Assembly (NCBI GenBank): GCA_963695555.1
Contig: CAVOGR010000007.1
Coordinates: 32,001-96,000 of the forward strand
Direction of reading: 5' to 3'
From: an uncultured Gemmatimonadales bacterium
GTDB lineage: Bacteria; Gemmatimonadota; Gemmatimonadetes; Gemmatimonadales; GWC2-71-9
DNA length: 64,000 nt
Each line of letters begins with the position of its first letter. The stretch's first letter is position 1. The notes under the pieces are model-generated. The model was not told the DNA's origin, made no database searches, and was given only the letters and a program-made list of their open reading frames with translations. Of this stretch, positions 1 through 9,590 are shown one piece after another. A program made the position numbers and the translations under genes.

Positions 1-720
1 GGCCTGGGCCTCCGCCTCGAGGGCCTCCGCGAGTTCCATTGCCGCCTCACGATTCAGGGCATCCTTGGTCACGGCGAGTGCCTCCGACGGGCCGCGAGCC
101 AGCACGAGCGCGGTACTCTGCGCTTCTCGCATGAGGTCGTCGAGTGGGACGACCCGTTGGTAGAGCCCAATTGCTTCGGCGCGCGCAGCATCGATGAACT
201 TGCCGGCCATCAACAACTCCGATGCGTGGCCCAGGCCGATGATCCGCGGCAGGAGCCAGGCTGCACCCATGTCGGCGCCCGAGAGCCCAACTTTGGTGAA
301 GAGAAAGGCGATTTTCGCGGTCGGGGCCGCGATTCGGACGTCACACGCCGTGGCGATAACGGCACCGGCGCCGGCCACCGTTCCGTTGAGCGCGGCGATG
401 ACGGGCCGCCGGCACGTGCGGATCGCAAGAATAAGATCGCAGGTGAGCCGGGTGAACTCCAGAAGCCCCTTCGCGTCTCGCTCGAACAGCGCCCCGATGA
501 TGTCTTCGACGTCCCCGCCGGAGCAGAAGGCCCGCCCCTGGCCGGTGATCACAATCGCGCGCACGGACGGCTCGGTGTCGAGCCGGACAAAGGTCTCCCG
601 CAACTCGCGGTACACCTCGAATGTCAACGCGTTCAACCGTTCGGGCCGGTTCAACGTGATCGTGGCGACCCCGTGTTCGGGGTCGTGATCGTAGAGAAAC
701 GTCTTCGGGGCGAGGGACAT
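1..720 (-). CDS. Enoyl-CoA hydratase/isomerase family protein (3' end runs off the window)
   Basis: Not in the ORF track. Manual minus-strand translation from ATG at 720 gives MSLAPKTFLYDHDPEHGVATITLNRPERLNALT...GRAFCSGGDV...PVIAALNGTVAGAG, which are crotonase motifs. Confidence 0.92.
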   Translation of the reverse strand, partial: MSLAPKTFLYDHDPEHGVATITLNRPERLNALTFEVYRELRETFVRLDTEPSVRAIVITGQGRAFCSGGDVEDIIGALFERDAKGLLEFTRLTCDLILAIRTCRRPVIAALNGTVAGAGAVIATACDVRIAAPTAKIAFLFTKVGLSGADMGAAWLLPRIIGLGHASELLMAGKFIDAARAEAIGLYQRVVPLDDLMREAQSTALVLARGPSEALAVTKDALNREAAMELAEALEAEAQA

Positions 721-757
721 GGGGTCTCTGCTCCTAGCGGCAGATGACGCAACGGAT

Positions 758-1159
758 TCAGGGTAGGACGGCGGTCGCTTCGATCTCGATTTGTGCCCCT
801 TCATCGACGAGGCGTTTCACTTCGACGAGGGCCATCGCAGGATAGTGACGCCCCATGAGTCGGCGGTACACGACACCGATCGCTTTTCGGCCGTCACGGT
901 AGGCGTCGAGGTCCGTCACGTAGATCGTGAAACGACCGATGTCTTCGGGCGTGCCGCCGGCTGCGCGCACGACCGTCAGGACGTTCGTCAACGCCTGTTC
1001 CCATTGTTCGACGAACGACGAGGCTCGGATTTGCCCGTCTCGAACGACGGCAGTTTGGCCGGCAACAAAGAGTACCCGGCCGCCGGCCGGCCCAACGAGG
1101 GCGTGATTCCATCCTCGCGGGACGCCGAGCGATTCGGGGTTGATGATATCGAAGGTCAT
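758..1159 (-). CDS. RidA/YjgF/YER057c family protein
   Basis: LFVAGQ...YPAMALVEVKRLV...IEIEATA, 133 aa; 4-bp overlap with the upstream SDR. Confidence 0.9.
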   Translation of the reverse strand: MTFDIINPESLGVPRGWNHALVGPAGGRVLFVAGQTAVVRDGQIRASSFVEQWEQALTNVLTVVRAAGGTPEDIGRFTIYVTDLDAYRDGRKAIGVVYRRLMGRHYPAMALVEVKRLVDEGAQIEIEATAVLP

Positions 1160-1932
1160 GCGAGGAGTGCTCCTCCGTCAATGACAATGGCCTGGCCGTT
1201 GATGCCCCGGGCTGCGTCGTCGCACAAGGCGGTCACCGCGTGGGCAACCTCGTCCGGGTGGAGCAGCCGGTGCTGCGGGCTGAGCGCGAGAATGGCCTCG
1301 AGGGCGGCTTCTTCGGACATGCCGGTCGTTCGCCTGATCTGCGCGACCGACGCGCGGGTCATGTCGGTGTCGACATACCCGGGGCAGACGGCGTTCACCG
1401 TTACTCCCGCCTGGGCGACCTCGGCCGCGAGGCTCCGGGTAAACCCAATGACCGCATGTTTCGTGGCACTGTACGCGGCCACGTACTTGGCTCCCGACAA
1501 CCCTGCCACGGAAGCGATGTTGATCACCCGCCCCCAACTGCGCTGCACCATGTCTTCGACAAAGGCCTGGGTACACAACAGCGTCCCGGTCACATTGACC
1601 CGGAACAAGTGATTCCAGTCATCCAGCTCGATCTTCTTCACCGGGGCGGAATGGGCCACACCGGCGTTGTTGACGAGGATGTCCACATGCCCAAGATAGG
1701 TGTTGGCGGCGGCAGCCATGTGTCGAACGCTCTCCGGATCGCCCACGTCGCAGGAGATGGCCCAGGCTTTGTGTCCGGCGTCGCGCAATGCCTGCTCCAC
1801 CTCGCTCAGCTTGGCGGTGGATCGTGCCGCCACCACGACCGACGCGCCGGCCTGGGCCAAGGCTTCGGCAATGGCCGCGCCGATGCCCCGCCCTCCGCCG
1901 GTGACGACCGCTGTCCGTCCTTCAAGCCGCAT
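1156..1932 (-). CDS. SDR family NAD(P)-dependent oxidoreductase (3-hydroxyacyl-CoA/3-hydroxybutyrate dehydrogenase-like)
   Basis: TGGGRGIG, NNAG, YSATK and CPGYVDT motifs. Confidence 0.93.
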   Translation of the reverse strand: MRLEGRTAVVTGGGRGIGAAIAEALAQAGASVVVAARSTAKLSEVEQALRDAGHKAWAISCDVGDPESVRHMAAAANTYLGHVDILVNNAGVAHSAPVKKIELDDWNHLFRVNVTGTLLCTQAFVEDMVQRSWGRVINIASVAGLSGAKYVAAYSATKHAVIGFTRSLAAEVAQAGVTVNAVCPGYVDTDMTRASVAQIRRTTGMSEEAALEAILALSPQHRLLHPDEVAHAVTALCDDAARGINGQAIVIDGGALLA

Positions 1933-1941
1933 GATGGTACC

Positions 1942-2712
1942 TCATGTGCGATCAGGCTCTGCGCGTGTCGCGACAACGGCATCCTCGAGAATACCGCCGA
2001 GGATCTCGATCACTTGTCTTCCCTCTTCTGTGCTGGCCTGGGCCGGGTTGCCAAAATAGGCTCGCGGGCCGCCGGCCTCGTCAAAGGTATGTTTGCCCTC
2101 TCGAATCGCCTGCGACAGCGAGGCAGGATTCGGGGCGAGACTCCGCCGAATCTCATTCCGAACGAGCTCTGGACACTGTGCAAGAATGACGGAACTTTCA
2201 TATTGACCGGCGTGACACGCGCCGCTTTGAAACTCCTCGGTCAGGCGGGGCGCCCACGGCCTCTTGGTGATGTTCGGGAAGATGACCCGGCCCTCGGCAT
2301 CGCCCTCGGTCGCGGCAACCGCAGCATCCAGGGCCGCGAGATGCGCCGGGTCGAGGTGCACGTTGGCGAGCGCGAGGTCGAGCCCGAACCGGGCGACACC
2401 CTGCGCCAGATCGGCCACCATGGCCGTCACCGTGCCGGGACCGACCGAGAGCGTGCCGGGAAACTCCGCTGCGAACGGGGCGGCGGTATAGTGAAGGCAG
2501 GGCAGCAGGAGACACCCGTATCCGCGCCGCGCCAGCCGCTCCGCACCGGCCTGAGCCATCGCCTCGGCGATGAGCCCATCCGTCGCCAGCGGGAGATGGG
2601 GACCGTGGGCCTCGATCGCCCCGATGGGGAGGATGGCCAGGGAGGCAGTCTCCTCGAGATCCCGAACCTCCTCCCAGGTCATGTCGGCCAGCCGGAGTGG
2701 GCGCATCGTCAT
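1942..2712 (-). CDS. Creatininase family amidohydrolase
   Basis: LADMTWEEV...LPIGAIEAHGPHLPLATD...HAGQYES; start placed at MTMRP (2712). Confidence 0.88.
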   Translation of the reverse strand: MTMRPLRLADMTWEEVRDLEETASLAILPIGAIEAHGPHLPLATDGLIAEAMAQAGAERLARRGYGCLLLPCLHYTAAPFAAEFPGTLSVGPGTVTAMVADLAQGVARFGLDLALANVHLDPAHLAALDAAVAATEGDAEGRVIFPNITKRPWAPRLTEEFQSGACHAGQYESSVILAQCPELVRNEIRRSLAPNPASLSQAIREGKHTFDEAGGPRAYFGNPAQASTEEGRQVIEILGGILEDAVVATRAEPDRT

Positions 2713-2771
2713 TGTGAAGCTCGGAACGCGTGTGAGGACTGCCGGCATCGACTCCAATCGGTGAGCCACTC

Positions 2772-4295
2772 ATGACCTTCGTCCCACCAGAGTCGTTCAA
2801 TATGGCGGACTACTTTCTCGACGCCCGTCTGCGCGAGGGAAAGGCTAACGCGACCGCAATCCGCACCGGCAACGGGGAATGGACGTACCAGGCGGTGTTC
2901 GAGCTGGCGAACCGGTTCGGCCGCCTGCTTCAATCGGCCGGCGTGGAGCCGGAACAACGTGTCATCATTGCGCTCCCAGACGGTCCGGAATTCGTGGCCG
3001 CTTTGTTCGGTATCTTGAAGATTGGGGCGGTGGTGGTGATGGTCAACCCACATCTCAAGTCCGATGCCGTTGCCTATTTCTATGACTACACCAGGGCCCG
3101 GGCGGCGCTCATCCACCGAGACACCCGAGGCGCATTCGAAACCGCTGCCACCGAGGCCCGCAATCTGCGGACGATCCTCGTCGTGGGAGAGGACGGATTC
3201 ACCGAGCAACTGGCCTCGGCACCCAGCGTGCTCGACGCCTTCCCGAGCCACCGGGACGATGCCGCCATTTGGCTTTTTTCAGGCGGAACCACGGGCCATC
3301 CCAAGGCAGTCATGCAGACCCACCGTTCGTTCGCGAATACGACGGAATGCTATGCCAAAGAGGTGATCCGGTACCGCGAGGGCGACACCACGTTGTCGGT
3401 GCCGAAACTGTTTTTTGGGTACGCGACCGGCTCGAATCTCTTGTTTCCCTTCGCCGTCGGGGCAAGCAGCGTGCTGTTCCCGGAGCGGGTCACGCCGGAG
3501 GTAGTGTTCTCAAACGTCGCGCGGTATCGGCCCACTATTCTGATCGCCGTCCCGACCATGATCTCCCAAATGTTGAGCCACCCCGAGGCCAGATCCCAGG
3601 ACCTCTCGTGCCTACGGGTGGTCACGTCGGCTGGTGAGGCGTTACCAGTCGAGCTCCACAGGCGCTGGCAGGAGACGTTTGGCGTCGAGTTGCTCGACGG
3701 CCTCGGTACCGCCGAAATGTGGCACATCTTCATCTCGAATCGGCCTGGGGCGGTCCGACCCGGCAGCCTGGGTACGGTGGTGCCGGGCTTCGAGGTGACA
3801 GTTTGTGACGAGCACGGCGCGGAACTTCCCGATGGCGACGTGGGGTGGCTCCGGGTACGGGGACAGTCGCGGGCCATCGGCTACTGGCAACAGATGGAGA
3901 AGTCCGCGCAGGCGTTTCAAGGGGAATGGTACGTGTCCGGGGACATGGTGCAACGTGACTCCGACGGGTACTTCACCTATGCCGGGCGTGGGGACGACAT
4001 GTTGAAGGTGTCCGGCAAGTGGCTTTCGCCCCAAGAGGTGGAGAACTGCCTGCTCCAACATCCCGCCATCGAGGAGGCCGCGGTGGTCGGCATCATCGAC
4101 GACGAAGGCCTGACCCAGCCGCATGCGTTCATCGTCCCCATCGGCGCCCCACCCACCGAGCACGAACTCCAGGCGTTCGTGAAAGAACGCCTGGAGTCGT
4201 ACAAACACCCCAGAACCGTCACCTGTCTCGAAGCACTCCCGCGAACCCACCTCGGCAAGGTCGACCGGGCGGGGCTGCGTCGAGGGGCCGGCTAG
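2772..4295 (+). CDS. Benzoate/2-aminobenzoate-CoA ligase family protein
   Basis: FSGGTTGHPK AMP-binding loop, PKLFFGYATG, SAGEALP, DGLGTAEMWHIF, GRGDDMLKVSG. Confidence 0.9.
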   Translation: MTFVPPESFNMADYFLDARLREGKANATAIRTGNGEWTYQAVFELANRFGRLLQSAGVEPEQRVIIALPDGPEFVAALFGILKIGAVVVMVNPHLKSDAVAYFYDYTRARAALIHRDTRGAFETAATEARNLRTILVVGEDGFTEQLASAPSVLDAFPSHRDDAAIWLFSGGTTGHPKAVMQTHRSFANTTECYAKEVIRYREGDTTLSVPKLFFGYATGSNLLFPFAVGASSVLFPERVTPEVVFSNVARYRPTILIAVPTMISQMLSHPEARSQDLSCLRVVTSAGEALPVELHRRWQETFGVELLDGLGTAEMWHIFISNRPGAVRPGSLGTVVPGFEVTVCDEHGAELPDGDVGWLRVRGQSRAIGYWQQMEKSAQAFQGEWYVSGDMVQRDSDGYFTYAGRGDDMLKVSGKWLSPQEVENCLLQHPAIEEAAVVGIIDDEGLTQPHAFIVPIGAPPTEHELQAFVKERLESYKHPRTVTCLEALPRTHLGKVDRAGLRRGAG

Positions 4296-4299
4296 GAAC

Positions 4300-6285
4300 T
4301 CACGGTCGTTCCCACACGTTGTTCGCGCGATCGACGTCGGGCAACGTGCCCTCGGCGTCGAGTTCCACTTTCACGACCGGACGACGCGAATCGATGTCGA
4401 GGGTGGCGTGCGCCTGTCCGGTGAGCCAGTGCTCGACCGAAACCACGCGACTGACCGTCGTGCCATCATCAAAGGTCACGGTCACGTAGGCGGGCATCGG
4501 CAGGTATCCCCGGTCCGCGATGACGATTCGGGTCCCGCCGGGGATAGGCTCGACCGCTTCCACAGCCTGGTCCAGCGTCCATGTCTCGTAATACCAGCTG
4601 TGCCAGAACCAGTCGAGGTCCTCGCCGCTCACCGTTTCCATTGTAGTGAAGAAGTCCCACGGCTTGGGGTGCTTGAAGGTCCAGTTGCGCAGATACGTCT
4701 GCCAGGCCTTCTGGAATCGGTCCTCGCCGAGGTAGCGCCGAAGTGCTACCAACGCGGTGGCGGGTTTCGCGTAGGATGCAACACCCCCCGCTCCCTGGTA
4801 GTGGAAGTCGGTCCACCGCATCATCTCGCCCTCGGTGCCGCGTCGGGTCTGAGCGACATACGATTGCCGGTCTCCCTCGTCGAAATCCGGTCCGGGATAG
4901 AACTCCTTCGACGCTTGGTTCTCGTGGAACGAAGTCGAGCCCTCGTCCATCCAGCCATATCGCTTTTCATCCACCCCAATGATCATGGGCAGCCACATGT
5001 GGGCTTCTTCGTGGGCCGTCACGTAGTAGAGCGCGCTATCGCCGGCGTTGTTGTAGTCTCCAATGAGGGTCATCATGGGGAACTCCATACCGCCGCCCAT
5101 GATGCCTCCGCCCTCGACGGCGGTCATATGCGGCCACGGATAGGGCACCCCAGTGAATCGGGACAGAAAGTCGATGGCATGCTGGGTATAGCGAGCTGAA
5201 TGCTGCCATCGCGGTGCGCTCGACCGCCAGATCGCGTCCACGCGCGTGTAATCGACCTGGCCATCGCCGTCGCGGTCGCCCACCGCGGTGCGTGCGGCAT
5301 CCCAGCGTGATTCGCGCGTGGCGCTGAACGCCATGTCGCGCACGTTTCGGGCGGTGAAGCGCCAGCGCAGCCGTCCACTGGCGGACGTCCGGGTGGCGCG
5401 GCCCGGGCCGAGATCTTCCTCGGTCAATACCGCCACCACGTCGTCACTTTGTTCCGCCCGGGTGAGGCGTTCGAGAACGGCCGACGGCAATACCTCTGCT
5501 CGATTCTGGAGGGTACCGGTGCCCATGATCACCCAGCCCTCGGGCGCTTCGATGGTAACGTCATAGTTGCCGTACCCCATGTAGAACTCGGCGTTCCCCA
5601 GATACGAATCGAGCTGCCAGCCCACCACATCGTCGTACACCGCCATCTGGGGATACCAATAGGCCATGTAGATCAGATTGTCCTTATTCCATCCCATCCT
5701 GCCGGATTGCGGCGCTTTGAAGCCCCAGGAGATCGCGAGCGTCAGCGAGTCTCCCGAGCGCAGCGGCGTGGGCGGCCGGACGCCAAGGATGGTTCCCTGC
5801 ACTTGGTAGCCGGCTCCGCGCCGGAGCTCACGTTCGCTCAGCGTTTGCCCTCCGGCAGCCACGCCGGTGAGCTCGACGCCACCCGTCATCTCCACTGGGC
5901 GATTCCGTGGCACGCCAGGCGAGTGGAGGTTCTGGAGAAGGTGGAGGAACACCACATTGAGCGACCGGGGAGAGCGATTGTGGTAGGTGATCGTGGCCCG
6001 GCCGTCCAGGCGCTTCCCCTCGGGATCGAGCGACGCCTCGATTCGATAATCGGTCCACTGCTGCCAATACTTGGCCCCGGGCGCTCCCGTGGTGCTTCGG
6101 GTCCCGGCCTCGATCGCGGCTCGGTATTCCGGGGGAGGGATCACCGGGTAGGGCACCGGACGCTCCGGTCGCGCCGTGGCGGGAGTCACAGCTGGTTGAG
6201 GGGCGACGCCCGGTTGAACGACCAGGGCAGGACTGCCGCACCCGACACCAAACGCCACCGCGATTCCCAGCACGAGACCTCGCAT
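4300..6285 (-). CDS. M1 family zinc aminopeptidase, lipoprotein
   Basis: GGMEFP, HEEAH...WMDEG, YAKP; N-terminal lipobox VGC. Confidence 0.9.
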   Translation of the reverse strand: MRGLVLGIAVAFGVGCGSPALVVQPGVAPQPAVTPATARPERPVPYPVIPPPEYRAAIEAGTRSTTGAPGAKYWQQWTDYRIEASLDPEGKRLDGRATITYHNRSPRSLNVVFLHLLQNLHSPGVPRNRPVEMTGGVELTGVAAGGQTLSERELRRGAGYQVQGTILGVRPPTPLRSGDSLTLAISWGFKAPQSGRMGWNKDNLIYMAYWYPQMAVYDDVVGWQLDSYLGNAEFYMGYGNYDVTIEAPEGWVIMGTGTLQNRAEVLPSAVLERLTRAEQSDDVVAVLTEEDLGPGRATRTSASGRLRWRFTARNVRDMAFSATRESRWDAARTAVGDRDGDGQVDYTRVDAIWRSSAPRWQHSARYTQHAIDFLSRFTGVPYPWPHMTAVEGGGIMGGGMEFPMMTLIGDYNNAGDSALYYVTAHEEAHMWLPMIIGVDEKRYGWMDEGSTSFHENQASKEFYPGPDFDEGDRQSYVAQTRRGTEGEMMRWTDFHYQGAGGVASYAKPATALVALRRYLGEDRFQKAWQTYLRNWTFKHPKPWDFFTTMETVSGEDLDWFWHSWYYETWTLDQAVEAVEPIPGGTRIVIADRGYLPMPAYVTVTFDDGTTVSRVVSVEHWLTGQAHATLDIDSRRPVVKVELDAEGTLPDVDRANNVWERP

Positions 6286-6417
6286 TGGTACCCTCCCTTT
6301 CTTCTGAGTGTCTCAAGGTAGCCTGCTCCCCGTGGAGCCGGAGCCGCCTGGGGAGGCAAACAGCCAAGGATGTGTTAGACAGACGCAACCGAACGGCGTT
6401 AGGATTCGTAAGAAAGT

Positions 6418-7303
6418 GTGAAGGCCTGTTCTCTCAGGTCTGGCCAGGGCAGGATCCAGGGCAGACCGGTCACGAATCGAGGCGACGTGCTGCATCGGCT
6501 GGCCCCAAGCCCGATCCGAATTCTGGTCCTGCGCGGCCGCGCAATCGTCGCGCTGCTGAGCCTCTGGACGGTCTCGAGCGGCGTGGCCCAGACTGGCGGA
6601 GGCTCACCGGACGGCCAGGCAGCCCTCGGCAGGCACACCAGGGGGCGAGCCTTCTACTTCACACGCGCTGTCTACACCGATGTCGAGCGGCGCGGCCGGT
6701 TCGGGTGGTGGAGTGTGGATTACCCCAAGGCCGACCGTCAGTTCCTCATGGGACTGACTCGGCTGACCGGCATCGATGCCCACCATTCCGAAAACCCTAT
6801 CAGGCTCGACGACCCTGAACTCCGTCGGTATCCGTTGGTCTACGCGGTCGAGGTGGGGCACATGGCCCTCACCGAGGCCGAGCGGACCGGCCTCAGGAAT
6901 TACCTGATTGGCCGGCGGAATCCTGCTGGTGGATGACTTCTGGGGCTCATGGGAATGGGCCAACTTCCAGTCGGAGATGGCGCAGGTCCTTCCGGGCTAC
7001 CCGATCGTCGATCTTCCGGCCGACCATCCGCTGCTTCACGTGTTCTACGACCTTGCCGAGATCGTGCAGGTGCCGAACGTGGGATTGGGACGGGCCGGCG
7101 GACGCACCTGGGAGAAGGATGGATACACGCCTGCCCTGCGAGGCATCTTCGACGGGCACGGTCGGCTCCTGGTTGTCATCAATTGGAATAGCGACTTGGG
7201 CGACGCATGGGAATGGGCGGAGGACCCCTACTACCCCATCCGGTTTTCGAATTTCGCGTATCAACTCGGCGTCAACGTCATCGTGTACGCCATGAGCCAC
7301 TAG
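6418..7303 (+). CDS. DUF4159 domain protein, split by a +1 frameshift near 6907-6909
   Basis: ORF 6418-6936 (FYFTRAVY...WSVDYPKAD...LRNYL) continues in another frame as AGGILLVDDFWG...DLGDAWE...YQLGVNVIVYAMSH, colinear with the intact paralogue at 13227. Start codon uncertain. Confidence 0.85.
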
Positions 7304-7307
7304 CGCA

Positions 7308-9590
7308 GTGTTCGACTCGATCTTCTCCTTCCTCTTCAAGTACCGCCCTGCCGTCTTCGCGAACGGACGGCTGGGATTCGAGCCACCCATTCCGCCTGTG
7401 GTGCTCGTCCTCGGGGTAACCATCCTCCTCGCCGGCGTTCTCGTGACCTACCGCTCCGCCCGGGGCCGCATGGGACGCCGCTATTTCTTCACCCTCACGG
7501 GGCTCCGCACCGCGCTCCTCGCCCTCTTGTTGCTGGCCCTGCTCCGGCCCGTGGTGGTCGTGTCGACCGTGATACCTCAAGAGAACATCCTGGCGGTCGT
7601 CCTGGACGACTCGAAGAGCATGCAGCTCGCCGACCAAGGCGATGCCCCGCGGAGCAGCCTCATCAGCCGCACGTTTTCGTCGGAGGAGGCCGGTCTGCTC
7701 CATGATCTGTCCGAGCGCTTCACCCTCCGATTCTTCCGTTTCGGCACCGATGTGGCCCGGCACGATCTTGCCCAGCCGCTCGGATTCGGAGAGACTCGGA
7801 CCAACTTGGGCGGGGCGCTGGCAGGGGTTCGCCGGGAGCTGACCGGGGTCCCGCTGGCGGGTGTCGTCGTGGTCACGGATGGAGCGGATAACGTGGCGGG
7901 AAACCTGGCCGAATCCGTGCTCCAGTATCAATCGGACGGCGTTCCCATCTACACGGTCGGTGTGGGCCGAGAGGTCTTGCCGCGTGACATCGAGCTCAGC
8001 CGCGTCGAAGCTCCGCACCAGGTCCTGAAGGGGTCCTCGGTGATGGTCGACGTCATGCTCACGCAAAGCGGCTTTCGCGGTGATCGGGTAACGCTCAACG
8101 TAGAGGATGGCGGCCGTATCGTGAACTCCCAGGAGGTGCGCCTGGCGGGCGATCGCGAGGCCACGGTGGTCCGGGTCAAGCTCACCGCGACAGAGGCCGG
8201 GGCACGCCTCTTCCGATTCCACGTACCGCCCCAGCCCGGCGAACTCATCAGCGAGAACAATGCCCGCGACGTGATGATCTCGGTCGAGGACCGCCGGGAA
8301 AAGATTCTCTACTTCGAGGGGGAGCCGCGCTTCGAAGTAAAGTTCATCCGACGCGCGTTGGAGGATGACCAGAACATCCAGGTCGTCACGCTCCAGCGGA
8401 CGGCGGAGAATAAGTACTTGCGACTCGGCGTGGACGATCCGGATGAACTCGTCTCGGGATTTCCGGCAACGCGGGAAGAGCTCTTCGCGTACCGCGGCAT
8501 CATCCTGGGAAGCGTCGAAGCCAGCTACTTCACCCACAGCCAACTCGTTCTGCTCGAGGAGTTCGTGGGGCAACGCGGCGGAGGCTTGCTGGTGTTGGGC
8601 GGGCGGCGCGCATTCGGCGAGGGCGGATACGCGGGGACACCGCTCGAAACCGTGTTGCCCGTTGTCCTGCCGCGCACCGCGGACGCGGAATTCTTCAGCG
8701 AGGTTGCCGTCGGGCCCACCCCGGCAGGTCTCGTCCACCCGGTCACCCGGCTGGTCGATGACGGAAAGCAATCCAGCGAACGGTGGACCGGGCTTCCTCG
8801 AGTGTCACTGCTCAACCCGATCATCCAGAGCAAGCCCGGGGCGAGCACCCTGCTCACGGGTCGGTCCGACGCGTCGAGTGAGTCCTATGTGGTGCTGGCC
8901 TTTCAGCGCTATGGCAAGGGGAAGGCCATTGCCTTCACCCCGCAGGATTCCTGGCTGTGGCAGATGCACGCCGACATCCCGCTCGACGACATGACGCATG
9001 AAACCTTCTGGCGTCAGATGCTTCGCTGGTTGGTCTCGAACGTGCCCGATCTGGTCACCGTCGCGACCCCAACGGAGCAGGTCGAGCCCGGCGAGACCGT
9101 CACCATCACCGCCGATGTCCGCGACTCGAGCTACCTGGGCGTCAACGGTGCCCAGGTCACAGCGTCCATCACCGATGCCCTGGGCACCGAAACCGACTAC
9201 CCAATGGAATGGACCGTGACGGAGGATGGGGTCTACCGCACCAGCCTCCCCACGGACCTTGCCGGCCGATATGACGTCCGGGTCCTGGCGCGCCGTGGAG
9301 ACGCAGTGCTCGGCGAGGGCCACGCGGCCCTTCGAGCGGAGCCCCAACCGACGGAGTACTTCAGCCCCGCAATGCGGGCCGACCTGTTGAAGGACGTGGC
9401 GGCCCAGACCGGAGGGCGCTTCTACACCGAAGCAACCCTCGGCAGACTGGCCGAGGACGTCCGGTACACCGAGAGCGGCATGACGCGGCTCGAGTCCCAT
9501 GACGTGTGGGATAGTCCCATTCTGTTCCTGGCCTTACTCGCGATCGTCAGCCTGGAATGGCTGCTCCGCCGGCGTCGGGGTTTGGCATGA
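7308..9590 (+). CDS. Membrane protein with VWA-like, Ig-like and class I glutamine amidotransferase-like domains
   Basis: N-terminal TM helices, VLDDSKSM (MIDAS-like), VVTDG, ILYFEGEPRFEVKFIRR, GGGLLVLGG, C-terminal TM with EWLLRRRRGLA. Confidence 0.8.
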   Translation: MFDSIFSFLFKYRPAVFANGRLGFEPPIPPVVLVLGVTILLAGVLVTYRSARGRMGRRYFFTLTGLRTALLALLLLALLRPVVVVSTVIPQENILAVVLDDSKSMQLADQGDAPRSSLISRTFSSEEAGLLHDLSERFTLRFFRFGTDVARHDLAQPLGFGETRTNLGGALAGVRRELTGVPLAGVVVVTDGADNVAGNLAESVLQYQSDGVPIYTVGVGREVLPRDIELSRVEAPHQVLKGSSVMVDVMLTQSGFRGDRVTLNVEDGGRIVNSQEVRLAGDREATVVRVKLTATEAGARLFRFHVPPQPGELISENNARDVMISVEDRREKILYFEGEPRFEVKFIRRALEDDQNIQVVTLQRTAENKYLRLGVDDPDELVSGFPATREELFAYRGIILGSVEASYFTHSQLVLLEEFVGQRGGGLLVLGGRRAFGEGGYAGTPLETVLPVVLPRTADAEFFSEVAVGPTPAGLVHPVTRLVDDGKQSSERWTGLPRVSLLNPIIQSKPGASTLLTGRSDASSESYVVLAFQRYGKGKAIAFTPQDSWLWQMHADIPLDDMTHETFWRQMLRWLVSNVPDLVTVATPTEQVEPGETVTITADVRDSSYLGVNGAQVTASITDALGTETDYPMEWTVTEDGVYRTSLPTDLAGRYDVRVLARRGDAVLGEGHAALRAEPQPTEYFSPAMRADLLKDVAAQTGGRFYTEATLGRLAEDVRYTESGMTRLESHDVWDSPILFLALLAIVSLEWLLRRRRGLA

